A stretch of DNA of 64,000 nucleotides, taken from positions 79,147 to 143,146 of the forward strand of contig CAVYNY010000019.1 in NCBI GenBank assembly GCA_963769935.1, read 5' to 3'. Made by a program: the position numbers and the translations under genes. The notes below the pieces were generated by a model that was given only the letters and a program-made list of their open reading frames with translations, made no database searches and was not told the origin of the DNA. Shown piece after piece: positions 20,498-31,305 of this stretch (its first letter is position 1; every line of letters starts with the position of its first letter). Origin of the DNA: an uncultured delta proteobacterium (lineage in GTDB: Bacteria; Desulfobacterota; Desulfobacteria; Desulfobacterales; JAFDCJ01).

Positions 20498-22331
20498 TCA
20501 GTTTTGCTTCCCCCCTGCCTCTATCATCATCCTGGCCTTTTCGATGCTTTTCCCGGCCTGCGTATTTCGTGGATCGAGTTGCAGGACTCGTTGCCACTCC
20601 GCAATGGCTTGATTCAGTTTTCCCGCCATCGCGTATGCCATCCCGAGGTTATAATGGGCCATTGGGATTTCGGGATCTAATTCATTGACTTGGACATAGT
20701 GAAGAATCGCCTGGTCCCATCGACCCTGCTTGAGGTAGATAGTGGCAAGGTTGTAATGGGCTCGTAAGGATTTCGGATCAAGCGTGACGGATCGGTTAAA
20801 ATATTCCAGGGCTTTTTCCTGATCTCCCTTCTGATAGTAAACGAGGCCCAGGTTGTAATAACTTTTAGCGTCGCCGGGATAAAGCTTGATCGAAATTTTA
20901 AATTGCGCCGCCGCGTCATCCAGCATTCCGCGTTCCAGATAAGCCATGCCCAGGCCGCCACGCGCCGTGAGACTATTCGGCGAGCTTTTAACTGTTTGCG
21001 ACCACAACACTAGATTGTTCTTCCAATCCGGATTGCGTGCGATGGTGCCGGCCGAATAAAGGCCGACCAGGACCACTATCGGTATCAAAGTTGCCGCATT
21101 CACCGTAGATGGATTTGTAAATCGCCTCTTTGCCGCCGCATGAATCACTGCCGGCACCACCAGGCAAAACCCGATTATCGGCAGGTAAAGGTAGCGCTCG
21201 GCCAGCGGATGATAGATTTCGATCAAATTATAAACCGGGAAAAGGGTAATCAAAAACCACCAGATGCCGAAAAAGATCTCTTTCGAATATCGATAAATCA
21301 AAGAGGCGCTGCCGACCAGAGCGATGAGGACCCCCATGCCGATTAAGTTTTTAACATCAAAAAAGCTGTTCGGATAGGAAAACACATAATCCGCGTTTAA
21401 ATTGACGGGAAAGAGTGTCAGCCGGATGAAGCTTAAGATCAGGCCGGGCAGGTAAATAATCCTTTCAAACAGACTGCCGGCAGACGCTTTAAGCGATTCC
21501 TGGGGGCTATATAAAATGAAAAACCGTAAGCAAAGATAAACCAGGCCGACGGCCATAAATCCGGCATAAAAATATATCCTTTTCCTCAAAACGGCCAACC
21601 GCTGTTTGAAATTCGGCGCACCCCGGCCGGCATCGCTCAGCACCAGGTCATACAGCAAAATTATGGCCGGCAGCGTAATGGCCATCTCCTTGGACAGCAA
21701 TCCGAAAAAGTAAAACAGCAGCGCCGGCAAATAATATCGGATACTGGACAATACGAGGTCGGTTTTAATTCGAATATAAGATAGCAGGGCGAGCAGGAAA
21801 AAAAATGTCGCCAGGAGGTCTTCATTAAAACTAATACAATTTACGGCTTCGGAGAGCGCCGGATGACAGGCAAACAGCAGTCCTGCCGCCAAGGCTCTCA
21901 GGCGGTGCTGCAGGACTGAATGCGCCAGCCGGTATACCAGAATGAGCATTCAGCGTATGCAGGATCAGGCCTGCCAGGTGATAGTAAAACGGATTCAGCC
22001 TCGCGAAAGTATAGATTAAAAAGTAGGATAACGTCGCTACCGGCCGGTAGCTCGCCTCGAGTCCGGCGATTTGAAAATATGAATGGTTAAAAATAGACGT
22101 TAAAAATCTGCCCGGTTGATTGAGGTACTTGTTCTCAACGATCACGCCAAAATCGTCATATACAAATCCATTGGACAAAGAATTATAATAAACAATAAGA
22201 CAAAGAAGCACCAGCAACGCAATCGGGAGCAGTGGATGGGTTGCCAACTTGGCAGCCTCCCGGCCGAAACCTGATTCCTGATGAGAACTGGTTGACTGCT
22301 TTGATTTTTTCCGATGTTTGCCGGATTTCAA
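20498..22331 (-). CDS. TMTC-like GT-C + TPR protein (frameshift near 21950)
   Basis: FVYDD, SYRP, HPALSEAV, SKE, AERYLY; TPRs; GAGGTG Shine-Dalgarno before a TTG start. Confidence 0.8.
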
Positions 22332-22345
22332 TTACACCTCAATTT

Positions 22346-22978
22346 TCACGTTAAAAATTGATGCCACTTCAGATGATCTGTCTGATGATTCAACCGGGAG
22401 ATAAAAAGCCAGGCGCCCAGGATACCGATCAGCATCCCGGCCGCAACATCTGATGGATAATGCGAGCCGATAAACACGCGGGATACGGCAATCACAAAGG
22501 CATAGATCAGCGGTAAAAAGCGGCAGGCGGAATATTTAGAATTTTTGAGCAGATAATACAGGAATACCCCGGAGACAAACGCATCGGCCGCGTGACCCGA
22601 AGGAAACGAGTTGTAGCGGAAGGCAAACGAAAAGAAGGTAAATTCAGCGCCGTGCCCGGGACGGGCGCGGCCCAGCACAATCTTTAAGATCCTTACCAGT
22701 ACGAAGGCAAAAACAAGCTGAGCTTTGATATAAGCCAGGCAGGTGCCTAAAAGGCCTTGTTTTTTTTTAATTATGGAGTAGACAAACAGCGCAATAAACA
22801 CTGCATAAAACAAAAACAAACCTTTCGTCGTAATCAGGTCGGTAATGTAATAAGTATTCTGATTCAACAAGTCCCGTGCGGCATGCCAGATCCGGGTATC
22901 GAAGAAAAACAGAACCAGAATTGCTGACAGAGAAACAAGCAAAAAGATCAGTAAATATTTTTTGGGTATATTCTTCAA
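22346..22978 (-). CDS. PAP2 family membrane phosphatase
   Basis: KIVLGRARP, SFPSGH, SRVFIGSHYPSDV; likely TTG start at 22978 after GAGG. Confidence 0.9.
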   Translation of the reverse strand: MKNIPKKYLLIFLLVSLSAILVLFFFDTRIWHAARDLLNQNTYYITDLITTKGLFLFYAVFIALFVYSIIKKKQGLLGTCLAYIKAQLVFAFVLVRILKIVLGRARPGHGAEFTFFSFAFRYNSFPSGHAADAFVSGVFLYYLLKNSKYSACRFLPLIYAFVIAVSRVFIGSHYPSDVAAGMLIGILGAWLFISRLNHQTDHLKWHQFLT

Positions 22979-23111
22979 TCTATCCTCGCCCGGCGGGTTT
23001 TCGTATTTCTTATTTTTTAAAGCCCCCCGGTTTCTGACCGGATCGGTGAAACATCTCCGGGTTCTCCACCGGAAAAGGTACAACTTTGAATGGACCATTG
23101 TTCAGGGCGAT

Positions 23112-24911
23112 TTAATTCAATTTCTCAAGTTGCGCCTTTGCTTTTGAGATGTTATCCTGAGCGCTTTTATTGGCAGGATCAATTTTTAGAACCTTTTGCC
23201 ATTCTGATACCGCTTGCTGCAGTTTGCCCTCAATGGCATAAGCAACCCCCAGGTCGTTGTGAGCTTCATAGTCTTCAGGCATTAATTCAATCACTTTTTT
23301 GTATTGACGAATGGCGTCCGCGATCAATCCCTGTTTATGATACAGAATTGCAAGATTATATTGCGCGTCGGCAAATTCCGGATTAATTGCGATCGACCTC
23401 TTATAGTTATCAATCGCGTTCTGAAAATCGCCTTTTTGATCATACAGCGCTCCCAGAATGTAATACGCCCTGAAGTGATTTGGCAATATTCTCACGGCCT
23501 TTTGAAATTCAACGATGGCTTTATCCAGCTGACCCTTTTTATGGTAAGCATGCCCCAGACCGCCATGGGCATTAGCGCTGTTCGGCGACTGCACCACCGT
23601 TTTTGACCACAGGCTGAAATCGTCTTTAAAATCCTTGTTGCGCCTGATGGCAATTGTCGAGTAGGCGGCTGAGACGGCAATGATGACCAGCAGCGTAGCC
23701 ATCCTGACAAAAAGCGTTCGGTTCAGTATATAGTTGAAAATGCGATAAAGAATGATCGGCAGGATCAGACAAAAACCGATAATCGGAATATAGAGGTAGC
23801 GCTCGGCAAGGGGATAGGGAATTTCAATTATATTGTAGACCGGAAAAAGTGCGATCAAAAACCACCAGATGCCAAAAAATATTTCTTTGGAACGTTTATA
23901 GATAAAAAAACTTAAAACGACCAGTCCTGAAATGATAAAAAAACCGATTAAATTTGAAATTTCAAAAAACCCATGTGGATATGAATACACGTAATCGACG
24001 TTTAAATCATATGGTGCAATTGCCAGTTTGAAAAAACTGAAAATGTGATACGGCAGATAGCGCAGTCTTTCAAGCAGACTGCCAAAGTGGTGCTGATTCC
24101 CGTCTGCCGGATTGACGAAGATTGCAAAACGCAGCAGCAGATACAACCCGGCGACCAGCGCATAGCCTGTATAAAAAGACCATCTGATTTTAATGGTGGT
24201 CAAAATATGCTTTACCGACAGCCCCCGTTCCGCAGCCTCTTTGAAAGCCAGATCATAGAGTAAAATTAGGGCCGGCAAAGAGATGGCCATTTCTTTTGAC
24301 AGCAGGCCGCAAAAGAAAAAAAACAGGGATAACAGATGGGCGAAACCGGCGGGTCTTTTATCCACTGCCTTGACGTAAAGGATAAACGCCAAAAGGATGA
24401 AAAAAGCTGCTAAAAGATCCTCGTTGAAGGCGATGCAATCAACGGCCTCGGTCAAAACCGGATGGCAGGCAAATAAGAGGGCGGCCAGCAAGGCTCTGAA
24501 CCGGTCCTTCAGCAGCAAGGAAATCAAAAAGTAGACGAGTATGACATTCAGCGTGTGCAGGACAACACTGGCGAGGTGATAATAAAAGGGGTTCAGCCCC
24601 GCAAATGAATGGATTAAAAAATAAGAAAGCGTCGCAATCGGCCGGTAGCTGGCTTCACCCCCGGCTATTTTAAAATACGAATCATTGAAAAAAGACGGCA
24701 GGCTATTTCTGAAATCATTGATGTGCTTGTTTTCAACTATGACTCCATAATCATCAAAGACAAATCCGTTCGACAGCGAGTTATAGTAAATTGCCGCACT
24801 GATGATTGCAAGTATTGCCGCGCACAGCAGATTGCCGGCGACAACCCTGGATGCGAATCCATGCGGTTGGCGGGCGTTGCCGTTTGGGAAAAATTTTTGT
24901 TTTGAATTCAT
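23112..24911 (-). CDS. TMTC-like GT-C + TPR protein
   Basis: FVFDD, SYRP, HPVLTEAV, SKE, AERYLY; TPRs; close paralog of 20498..22331. Confidence 0.85.
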   Translation of the reverse strand: MNSKQKFFPNGNARQPHGFASRVVAGNLLCAAILAIISAAIYYNSLSNGFVFDDYGVIVENKHINDFRNSLPSFFNDSYFKIAGGEASYRPIATLSYFLIHSFAGLNPFYYHLASVVLHTLNVILVYFLISLLLKDRFRALLAALLFACHPVLTEAVDCIAFNEDLLAAFFILLAFILYVKAVDKRPAGFAHLLSLFFFFCGLLSKEMAISLPALILLYDLAFKEAAERGLSVKHILTTIKIRWSFYTGYALVAGLYLLLRFAIFVNPADGNQHHFGSLLERLRYLPYHIFSFFKLAIAPYDLNVDYVYSYPHGFFEISNLIGFFIISGLVVLSFFIYKRSKEIFFGIWWFLIALFPVYNIIEIPYPLAERYLYIPIIGFCLILPIILYRIFNYILNRTLFVRMATLLVIIAVSAAYSTIAIRRNKDFKDDFSLWSKTVVQSPNSANAHGGLGHAYHKKGQLDKAIVEFQKAVRILPNHFRAYYILGALYDQKGDFQNAIDNYKRSIAINPEFADAQYNLAILYHKQGLIADAIRQYKKVIELMPEDYEAHNDLGVAYAIEGKLQQAVSEWQKVLKIDPANKSAQDNISKAKAQLEKLN

Positions 24912-25216
24912 TAATATTTGAAAAATATGCCGTATTTGGAATCAACGACCACCTGAAACGCCGCTGGCTTGAATTTCCAGCCATCGGCCGATAAGGCGGA
25001 CGGACGCCGGCACTGATATCATTAGACCTGCAATCGGCTGCGGAGCGCCCGGTTTTTAAGGCAAAACTCACTGACAATCCTTATATCAAGCTGGCCGCCG
25101 GCTGGATTGCCGAGAGCTTGACACGAAATGAAATACTCTTGACTAATTAGCAAAATTCTTACATTATTTCCAATAAATTTCAAGAAACTGATTACTTAAC
25201 AGCGCAAGGGCTACCC

Positions 25217-26644
25217 ATGGAATTCGAACCAGTTATCGGGCTTGAGGTGCATGCCCAGCTAAAAACAAAAACGAAAATTTTCTGCGCGTGTTCAACCGCC
25301 TTCGGAGCGCCGCCCAACACCCATACCTGCCCGGTTTGTCTTGGTATGCCGGGTGTGCTGCCGGTGCTAAACAAAAAAGTGGTGGATTACGCCCTGCGCA
25401 TGGCCCTGGCCACCGGCTGCGAGATTTCCGGTGAAAGCCGTTTTGCCCGCAAAAACTATTTTTATCCGGACCTGCCGAAAGGATACCAGATTTCGCAGTA
25501 TGAACTGCCCATTGCCCAGCATGGATATGCCGATATCGAGGTGAACGGCAGCCTGCGGCGGATTGGAATCACACGCATTCACATGGAGGAAGATGCCGGT
25601 AAACTGGGCCATGATCCGGATCGGCCTGTCAGTATGGTGGATTTTAACCGCACCGGGGTCCCGTTGATTGAAATCGTAAGCGAGCCGGAAATCCGCTCGC
25701 CGGAAGAAGCCGGTGCCTATCTCAGACAGCTGCGGTCCATCGTACGTTATCTTGGAATCTGTGACGGCAACCTGGAAGAGGGAAGCTTCAGATGCGACGC
25801 CAATGTGTCGATTCGACCCAAGGGTACGGAAAAACTGGGCACCCGCACCGAACTTAAAAACCTGAATTCCTTCAAGCACGTGGAAAAAGCACTGCAATAT
25901 GAAATCAGCCGCCAGAGGGAAGTTTTGATAGACGGCGGTCAAATTGTGCAGGAGACCCGGCTCTGGGATCCCGACAAAAATAAAACAACTTCCATGCGCG
26001 GCAAAGAAGAGGCCCACGATTATCGCTATTTTCCGGACCCGGATCTGCTGCCCCTGGTAATCGATGACGAATGGATCCAACGCATCCGAAGCAGCCTGCC
26101 GGAGCTTCCTGATCAAAAAAGGAGCCGTTTCATTGCTCAATATGGCCTTCCCGCTTATGATGCCGACCTGCTGACCTCCGACCGGGAACTCGCAGAATAT
26201 TTCGAGGACGGCGTGCGCAAATTCGCCCAACCCAAAACGGTCAGCAACTGGATAATGGGTTCATTGCTGGGAACATTAAATGCCATGGATAAAACCATCG
26301 ACGAATCACCGGTTTCCCCCGCCAATCTGGCCGCTCTGCTGAAATTGATCGATACGGGTATCATCAGCGGCAAGATTGCCAAGACTGTTTTTGACGAGAT
26401 GGCTCAAACGGGCAAAGCGGCCGAACAAATTGTTGCAGAAAAAGGTCTGGTTCAAATTACCGATACGGATGCCATCGACGACGTGATATCAAAAGTTATC
26501 GCCGGCAATCCCAAAGAAGTTGAAGCCTATCGACTCGGCAAGACCAAATTAATCGGATTTTTCGTCGGACAGGTCATGCAAGCAACCAAAGGCAGGGCCA
26601 ATCCGAAATTGGTTAATGAGATATTGAAAAAAAAGCTGGGATAA
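25217..26644 (+). CDS. gatB: Asp-tRNA(Asn)/Glu-tRNA(Gln) amidotransferase subunit B
   Basis: [44 protein letters not shown]. Confidence 0.98.
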   Translation: MEFEPVIGLEVHAQLKTKTKIFCACSTAFGAPPNTHTCPVCLGMPGVLPVLNKKVVDYALRMALATGCEISGESRFARKNYFYPDLPKGYQISQYELPIAQHGYADIEVNGSLRRIGITRIHMEEDAGKLGHDPDRPVSMVDFNRTGVPLIEIVSEPEIRSPEEAGAYLRQLRSIVRYLGICDGNLEEGSFRCDANVSIRPKGTEKLGTRTELKNLNSFKHVEKALQYEISRQREVLIDGGQIVQETRLWDPDKNKTTSMRGKEEAHDYRYFPDPDLLPLVIDDEWIQRIRSSLPELPDQKRSRFIAQYGLPAYDADLLTSDRELAEYFEDGVRKFAQPKTVSNWIMGSLLGTLNAMDKTIDESPVSPANLAALLKLIDTGIISGKIAKTVFDEMAQTGKAAEQIVAEKGLVQITDTDAIDDVISKVIAGNPKEVEAYRLGKTKLIGFFVGQVMQATKGRANPKLVNEILKKKLG

Positions 26645-26779
26645 AGGATGTTTACGGTCCGTGGTGCTTTGTGAGTTGTTTGTTGCCATTGGTACGTTGT
26701 TTATAGCTGTGACAGAGTCTTTAGAATTTCTTAATCCGTAGAATTGTGCTAACTCCACATTCTGGACAAAACAGCCGGA

Positions 26780-26930
26780 GTAGGTTGGGTTGAGGTACGA
26801 AACCCAACATCACTTGAGTAATTTGTCCCAAACAGTATGAAAGGGCTTTCATTCAGACGCTTTTTAAATTGTAGATTGGTTTTGGAGACCGGTTCTCATT
26901 TGTTGGGTTTCGTACCTCAACCCAACCTAC
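26780..26930. repeat. GTAG-type REP pair in inverted orientation (REPIN-like)
   Basis: Perfect 30-bp IR GTAGGTTGGGTTGAGGTACGAAACCCAACA at 26780-26809 and 26901-26930. Confidence 0.85.
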
Positions 26931-26998
26931 AATATTAAAGCCTGAATTAAGTGCATTTATTTGCACAATCAGCAAAAATCCAATCAGGGAAGAAATGA

Positions 26999-28843
26999 AT
27001 GAAATTAATGATTAACAAATTAAATAAAAAAAATTGCCACAGATTTTCAGCAACGGACATCGGACAACAGACGACGGACAAAAAAACTGAAGGGTGCCAA
27101 TTGGTAAAAAAGCCGACGCCTTCAGTTGGCCGAGTTATACTTACCATAGCATTCATTGGCCTGGTGACCTTGAATTTTTTTTCGGCCGCGGCCGCCACCC
27201 CCAAACGCATCGCCCTGCTGCCGTTTAAAATCAACTCCGATAAGGATCTGTCGTTTTTAAAAGACGGCATCTTTGATATGCTTACCACCCGTCTTTCCAA
27301 AGAAGACCAGGTGGAAGTGCTCGGCCGGACCCAGGTCGAAGAGGCCATCCAATCAGCGGCCCCATCCGGCGTAATAAATGAGAGTGCCGCCCGCACCATC
27401 GGCACCCGCCTGAATGCTGATTTTGTTCTTTTCGGCAGTCTGACGGTTTTAGGAAACAATGTCAGCATCGATGCCAAGATGGTGGATGTTTCCGGCAGCA
27501 AACCGACCATGACCTTTTTCGATCAGAGTCCGGATCTGGGTGCCATCATTACCAAAATCAACCTGATTGCAGCCGACATCAATGAAAAGGTGTTCGGCCG
27601 AACCCAGTCTGCGGCCGCAACCGCAACAGCCGCAGCCGGTGCACCGGCAGCGGCATCCGCAGCGGCCGGCCAGCCGCAGCCACCCCCTAAATCCGACATC
27701 CATGCCCATCCGGAAAAAGTGCTTCAAGAAGACGGCTTCATCGCCCATGAAAAGGCCGAAGGTATTGCAAATCCGGCTACCCTGGCAGGGGTCGCCGAGG
27801 AAACCCATTCGCAGTTCTGGAAAAGCGCCAATTTCAATCATCTTATCAATGGAGTGGCCCTGGGGGATGTGGACGGGGACGGTAAAATTGAAACGGTGAC
27901 GATTGCCCCCCATGCGGTGATTATCTTTCGTTCCGAGGGCGGCGCGTTTCGCAAAATTGCCGAAATCGAAGAAGACACCAACAATAATTTGATTGGCGTC
28001 GATTGCGCCGATATTAATGAAAACGGCTTTGCTGAGATCTTTGTCACCAGCCTCAATGCTGACCACAGTGTTGTAAATTCATATGTTCTTGAATTTGACG
28101 GTAAAAATTTTGCCAAAACAATCAGCGGCAGCCGCTATTACTATCGGGTGGTGAATACGCTTAACCGCGGTAAAATACTGCTGGGCCAGCGGCCCCGAAC
28201 CGGCAAACCGTCTGCCGGTGAAATTAGTGAGATGAAATGGCAGAATCATGAATATGTTCCCGCCGACCCGATCAAGACCCCTCGCGATACCAATCTAATG
28301 GGCTTCACTATCGGCGACGTCATGAACAACGGCCAGGAAACGGTGGTCGCCTACAAGGACGACGACAATATCCAGGTTATTGATTTATCGGGAGATGTCC
28401 AGTGGGACAACCGGGAGCATTTCGGCGGCAGCATGTTGTATGCCAGCATTCCCTTGGATTATCGGGGACAGGTTCAAAACAAATGGTATTATCCCCTGCG
28501 GCTGGTGGTATGGTACAACCCGGCTAAAAAGGAGAGTGAAGTCATCGCCGTTCAAAATTTCGATTCAGCCTTCAACAAATTCCAGGAGTTCCGGTATTTC
28601 ACCAAGACGCATATCGCCGGCTTCACCTGGGATGGCGTCGGGCTGGGGCCGAGCTGGAAAACCCGCGAACTTACCGGCTACATCCAGGACTTGGCCGTCG
28701 GTGATTTCGACAACGACGGCCAGGACGAACTCGTAGCCGTCCTGGTCATTAAAGAAGGTCGGATTACCTTGGTTTCCGATTCCAAGAGCACCATCATCGG
28801 TTACGAGTTGACCAGTCCGCAAAAGCCGGGCGCCCAGCAATGA
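26999..28843 (+). CDS. exported protein with N-terminal TolB-N/CsgG-like domain, Ala-rich linker and FG-GAP/VCBS repeats
   Basis: Signal-like segment, IALLPF, ADFVLFGSLT; GDVDGDG, ADINENG, GDFDNDGQDEL; start may be TTG at 27101. Confidence 0.75.
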   Translation: MKLMINKLNKKNCHRFSATDIGQQTTDKKTEGCQLVKKPTPSVGRVILTIAFIGLVTLNFFSAAAATPKRIALLPFKINSDKDLSFLKDGIFDMLTTRLSKEDQVEVLGRTQVEEAIQSAAPSGVINESAARTIGTRLNADFVLFGSLTVLGNNVSIDAKMVDVSGSKPTMTFFDQSPDLGAIITKINLIAADINEKVFGRTQSAAATATAAAGAPAAASAAAGQPQPPPKSDIHAHPEKVLQEDGFIAHEKAEGIANPATLAGVAEETHSQFWKSANFNHLINGVALGDVDGDGKIETVTIAPHAVIIFRSEGGAFRKIAEIEEDTNNNLIGVDCADINENGFAEIFVTSLNADHSVVNSYVLEFDGKNFAKTISGSRYYYRVVNTLNRGKILLGQRPRTGKPSAGEISEMKWQNHEYVPADPIKTPRDTNLMGFTIGDVMNNGQETVVAYKDDDNIQVIDLSGDVQWDNREHFGGSMLYASIPLDYRGQVQNKWYYPLRLVVWYNPAKKESEVIAVQNFDSAFNKFQEFRYFTKTHIAGFTWDGVGLGPSWKTRELTGYIQDLAVGDFDNDGQDELVAVLVIKEGRITLVSDSKSTIIGYELTSPQKPGAQQ

Positions 28844-29141
28844 CGAATTATACACAGCGTCATCATTAATGCTGTAACCGCATTCTTAGGGTAGCACCTA
28901 TGAAGCGAGAATCTCAGCCTTTCGATACCACTCGATAACTCTGCACCAAACGCGGGTCTTCAGTATTCCCTGGTCCAGACCGATTTTATAGAAAGCCTAC
29001 TCGGCTAAAATATTTAATTTTTGCACGAGAGGCAGCAAATCAGAGGAGAGTCGCGCCAGGGCGGGCCAATACCCCATGCCATTTATTTACGGCAAAGCGT
29101 ATTATCAGTGACCTGGCCCACAGGACCAGGTTTTCAATGTC

Positions 29142-29296
29142 GATGGTCTCTTAAAAAAAGTCATTCTAACGACTGGATACCCGCCCTCGCGGGTATGACG
29201 GGTTTTGTAACTAATCAATATTAATACTATAATTGTCAATCCCGCGCAGGCGGGAATCCAGAAAAATCAGGAAACTCTACTTTTTACGATTCCATC
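29142..29296. repeat. composite element: imperfect outer IR enclosing an inverted pair of GTCAT(T)CCCGCG...GCGGGAATCCAG palindromes
   Basis: Outer GATGG..TAAAAA(AA)GT / ACTTTTTACGATTCCATC; inner palindromes 29173-29200 and 29235-29261. Confidence 0.65.
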
Positions 29297-29335
29297 AATG
29301 TCAGAATAAAAAAATTTGTAACAAATTTTTGACAT

Positions 29336-29364
29336 AAAAAAACCGGGGCCCAAAGGCCCCGGTT
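29336..29364 (-). terminator. rho-independent terminator of the porin gene
   Basis: AACCGGGGCC-caaa-GGCCCCGGTT stem with a U-tract on the minus strand. Confidence 0.85.
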
Positions 29365-29402
29365 ATTTTATTACGACTAAGCGGTTACACTACAAAAACA
29401 GC

Positions 29403-30525
29403 TTAGAAGTTGATCTGCCATTTACCACCCGCGTAGAACAACGTGGAGGCATCGTCGCCGGCGAAGTCTTGGTCGCCGTCAAAGTAACCAATTTCGGGGA
29501 TGATATAGACGCCCGGAGCCAGCGCGATCACAGCCTGTCCGTAAACGGCCCAGGGTTTGCTCTTTTTGGCGTTATTGACATCGGGATCATCCACGCGGTA
29601 ACCAAAACCGGCTTCGAAGGTCAGCATGTCGCTGACTTTCAGACCGGCCACCAAACTGGCCATATAGGACGTGGTGTCTTTGGTACTGTCGTCGCCATCC
29701 CATACGGCAGGACTGCCCTGGTTATGATTGCCTCCCAGATTCCATTTGGCATTATCCCAGTTCTGGCCGTAGCTGACGGTGCCTTTGACATAGCCCGGGC
29801 CGAAGTTGAAGCCCGCATCACCGCCGACGATATAGGAGGTCACGCCGATGTCATTTGTGGTTCCCGGGTTCGTAACGGATGCCACATCTTTGATCGAGTA
29901 GTACTGGTAGCCACCCATCAGGTTGAAGTTGAAGGCATCAAAGCTCATGCCCCATTTGGCCTCGAATTTGGGCAGGACGCGATCTGAGTATCACCGGCGG
30001 TAGTGGTGCCGGCAGCAGTGGTAAGTTGCTGGACATTCATCTCAACGAGCGCAATTTCGAAATTGCCGAAGCTGAAGGCAATCTGGGCTTCGCGGTTGCC
30101 GTAGGCGGTGCCGATACCGAGCAGACCGAGGTCGCCGTCAAACACCTGGCCGGAAGTGAACTGGGAGACCGGGGTGTAGTCTTTACCGACTTTCATCGTA
30201 GCCGGGACCGAAGTCCCACACGCCGTAGAGACGACGGGCGCCGACGTTGCCGCCGCCGGCAGAGTCGCTGCTGACACCCCACTCAAACTGGGCTTTGAGG
30301 TTTTCAGCCTTGATGTTGGCGCCGATACGGCTGTTGCTCTGGAGATCCCACTCCAACTGTTGGTCGTCAGTAGTTTCCGAGCAAGTGTTTGCCAGCCCCT
30401 AAATCTGTGGACTCATAGTAGGTTGCCATACGGGCGTTGCCGTAAAAGTTCCAGTCTACCGCCATGGCCGGGGCGCTGAAGCATACCAGCGCGACTAATG
30501 CTAAAAGTATTGTCAATTTCTTCAT
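29403..30525 (-). CDS. outer-membrane porin (multiple frameshifts)
   Basis: MKKLTILLALVALVCFSAPAMA signal peptide, VDWNFYGNARMATY, NSRIGA; C-terminal GGKWQINF (BamA-type terminal Phe); AAGGAGG Shine-Dalgarno. Confidence 0.8.
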
Positions 30526-30737
30526 CTAATTTTTCCTCCTTAACGGAAATTTGATTTTAAGACTAGCCTAATAACAGTTGATTTAAATTAGCCAAATTTA
30601 AATTTTGCCTTGTGCCGCTTGGGTTTTCACCTCCTTTCCAGGCCGAAGTGTGCCCCCCTCAGCAGTTTGGGACCGCAGCCCCGCCTAATAGCCTAATATT
30701 TTTCATCTTTTTTTTGCTGATTCGGGCAATTTGTTGA

Positions 30738-30767
30738 ATCATAAAATGGAAATAGGTGCAATGTCAA
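30738..30767 (-). promoter_or_regulatory. sigma70-type promoter for the porin
   Basis: TTGACA-N18-TATGAT on the minus strand, preceded by an AT-rich tract. Confidence 0.55.
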
Positions 30768-30891
30768 GATTTTTTTTAATTTTTATAGTTTGTTAATATC
30801 CCTTTTCACAATTATTTTCCAAGCCTTAACTGACACGCCTGCTTGATGACATATTCGATTTTAACCGGTCCTGTTTATAATTTATAATTCT

Positions 30892-31302
30892 TCATCCCTG
30901 TTCAAGCCAATTTTCAACTTGTAGATTCGTTATCCTATGAAAATGACGAATGTTGGCGGTAACCACCGTATGTTGGTTTGCTAATGCTGTGGCCGCAATC
31001 AGTACATCTTCCACTCCAATAAACTGACCGGCTTTTCGTAAATCAGCGAGGATACCGCCGGCAGCCAACGCCTCTTTCTCGCCGATTGGAAGAATGTTGA
31101 TTCTGGAGATTATTTCTTTGTTTATTTTTTGCCAAAATATCTCAAAATCTTTTCGTAAAGCGCTCCCGAAACGCAACTCCATGATGCAGATACAGGATGT
31201 AAACAAAGTGTGTGCCGGCTCTGTACCCAATCGAGACAATAGCTGGGAATTGGGGTGTCGTTTTATCAATTCACTCAATATATTCGTGTCAAGCAGGTAC
31301 AT
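30892..31302 (-). CDS. vapC: PIN-domain toxin (VapC family)
   Basis: YLLDTNILSEL, ELRFG, DVLIAATA, VTANIRHF, VENW. Confidence 0.92.
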   Translation of the reverse strand: MYLLDTNILSELIKRHPNSQLLSRLGTEPAHTLFTSCICIMELRFGSALRKDFEIFWQKINKEIISRINILPIGEKEALAAGGILADLRKAGQFIGVEDVLIAATALANQHTVVTANIRHFHRITNLQVENWLEQG

Positions 31303-31305
31303 TAC

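Noticed and set aside
25367..26230. Long antisense ORFs (for example 25367..26230, 62907..63683, 51928..52617, 54339..55007)
   Set aside because: They are shadow frames opposite well-supported genes and lack any motifs.
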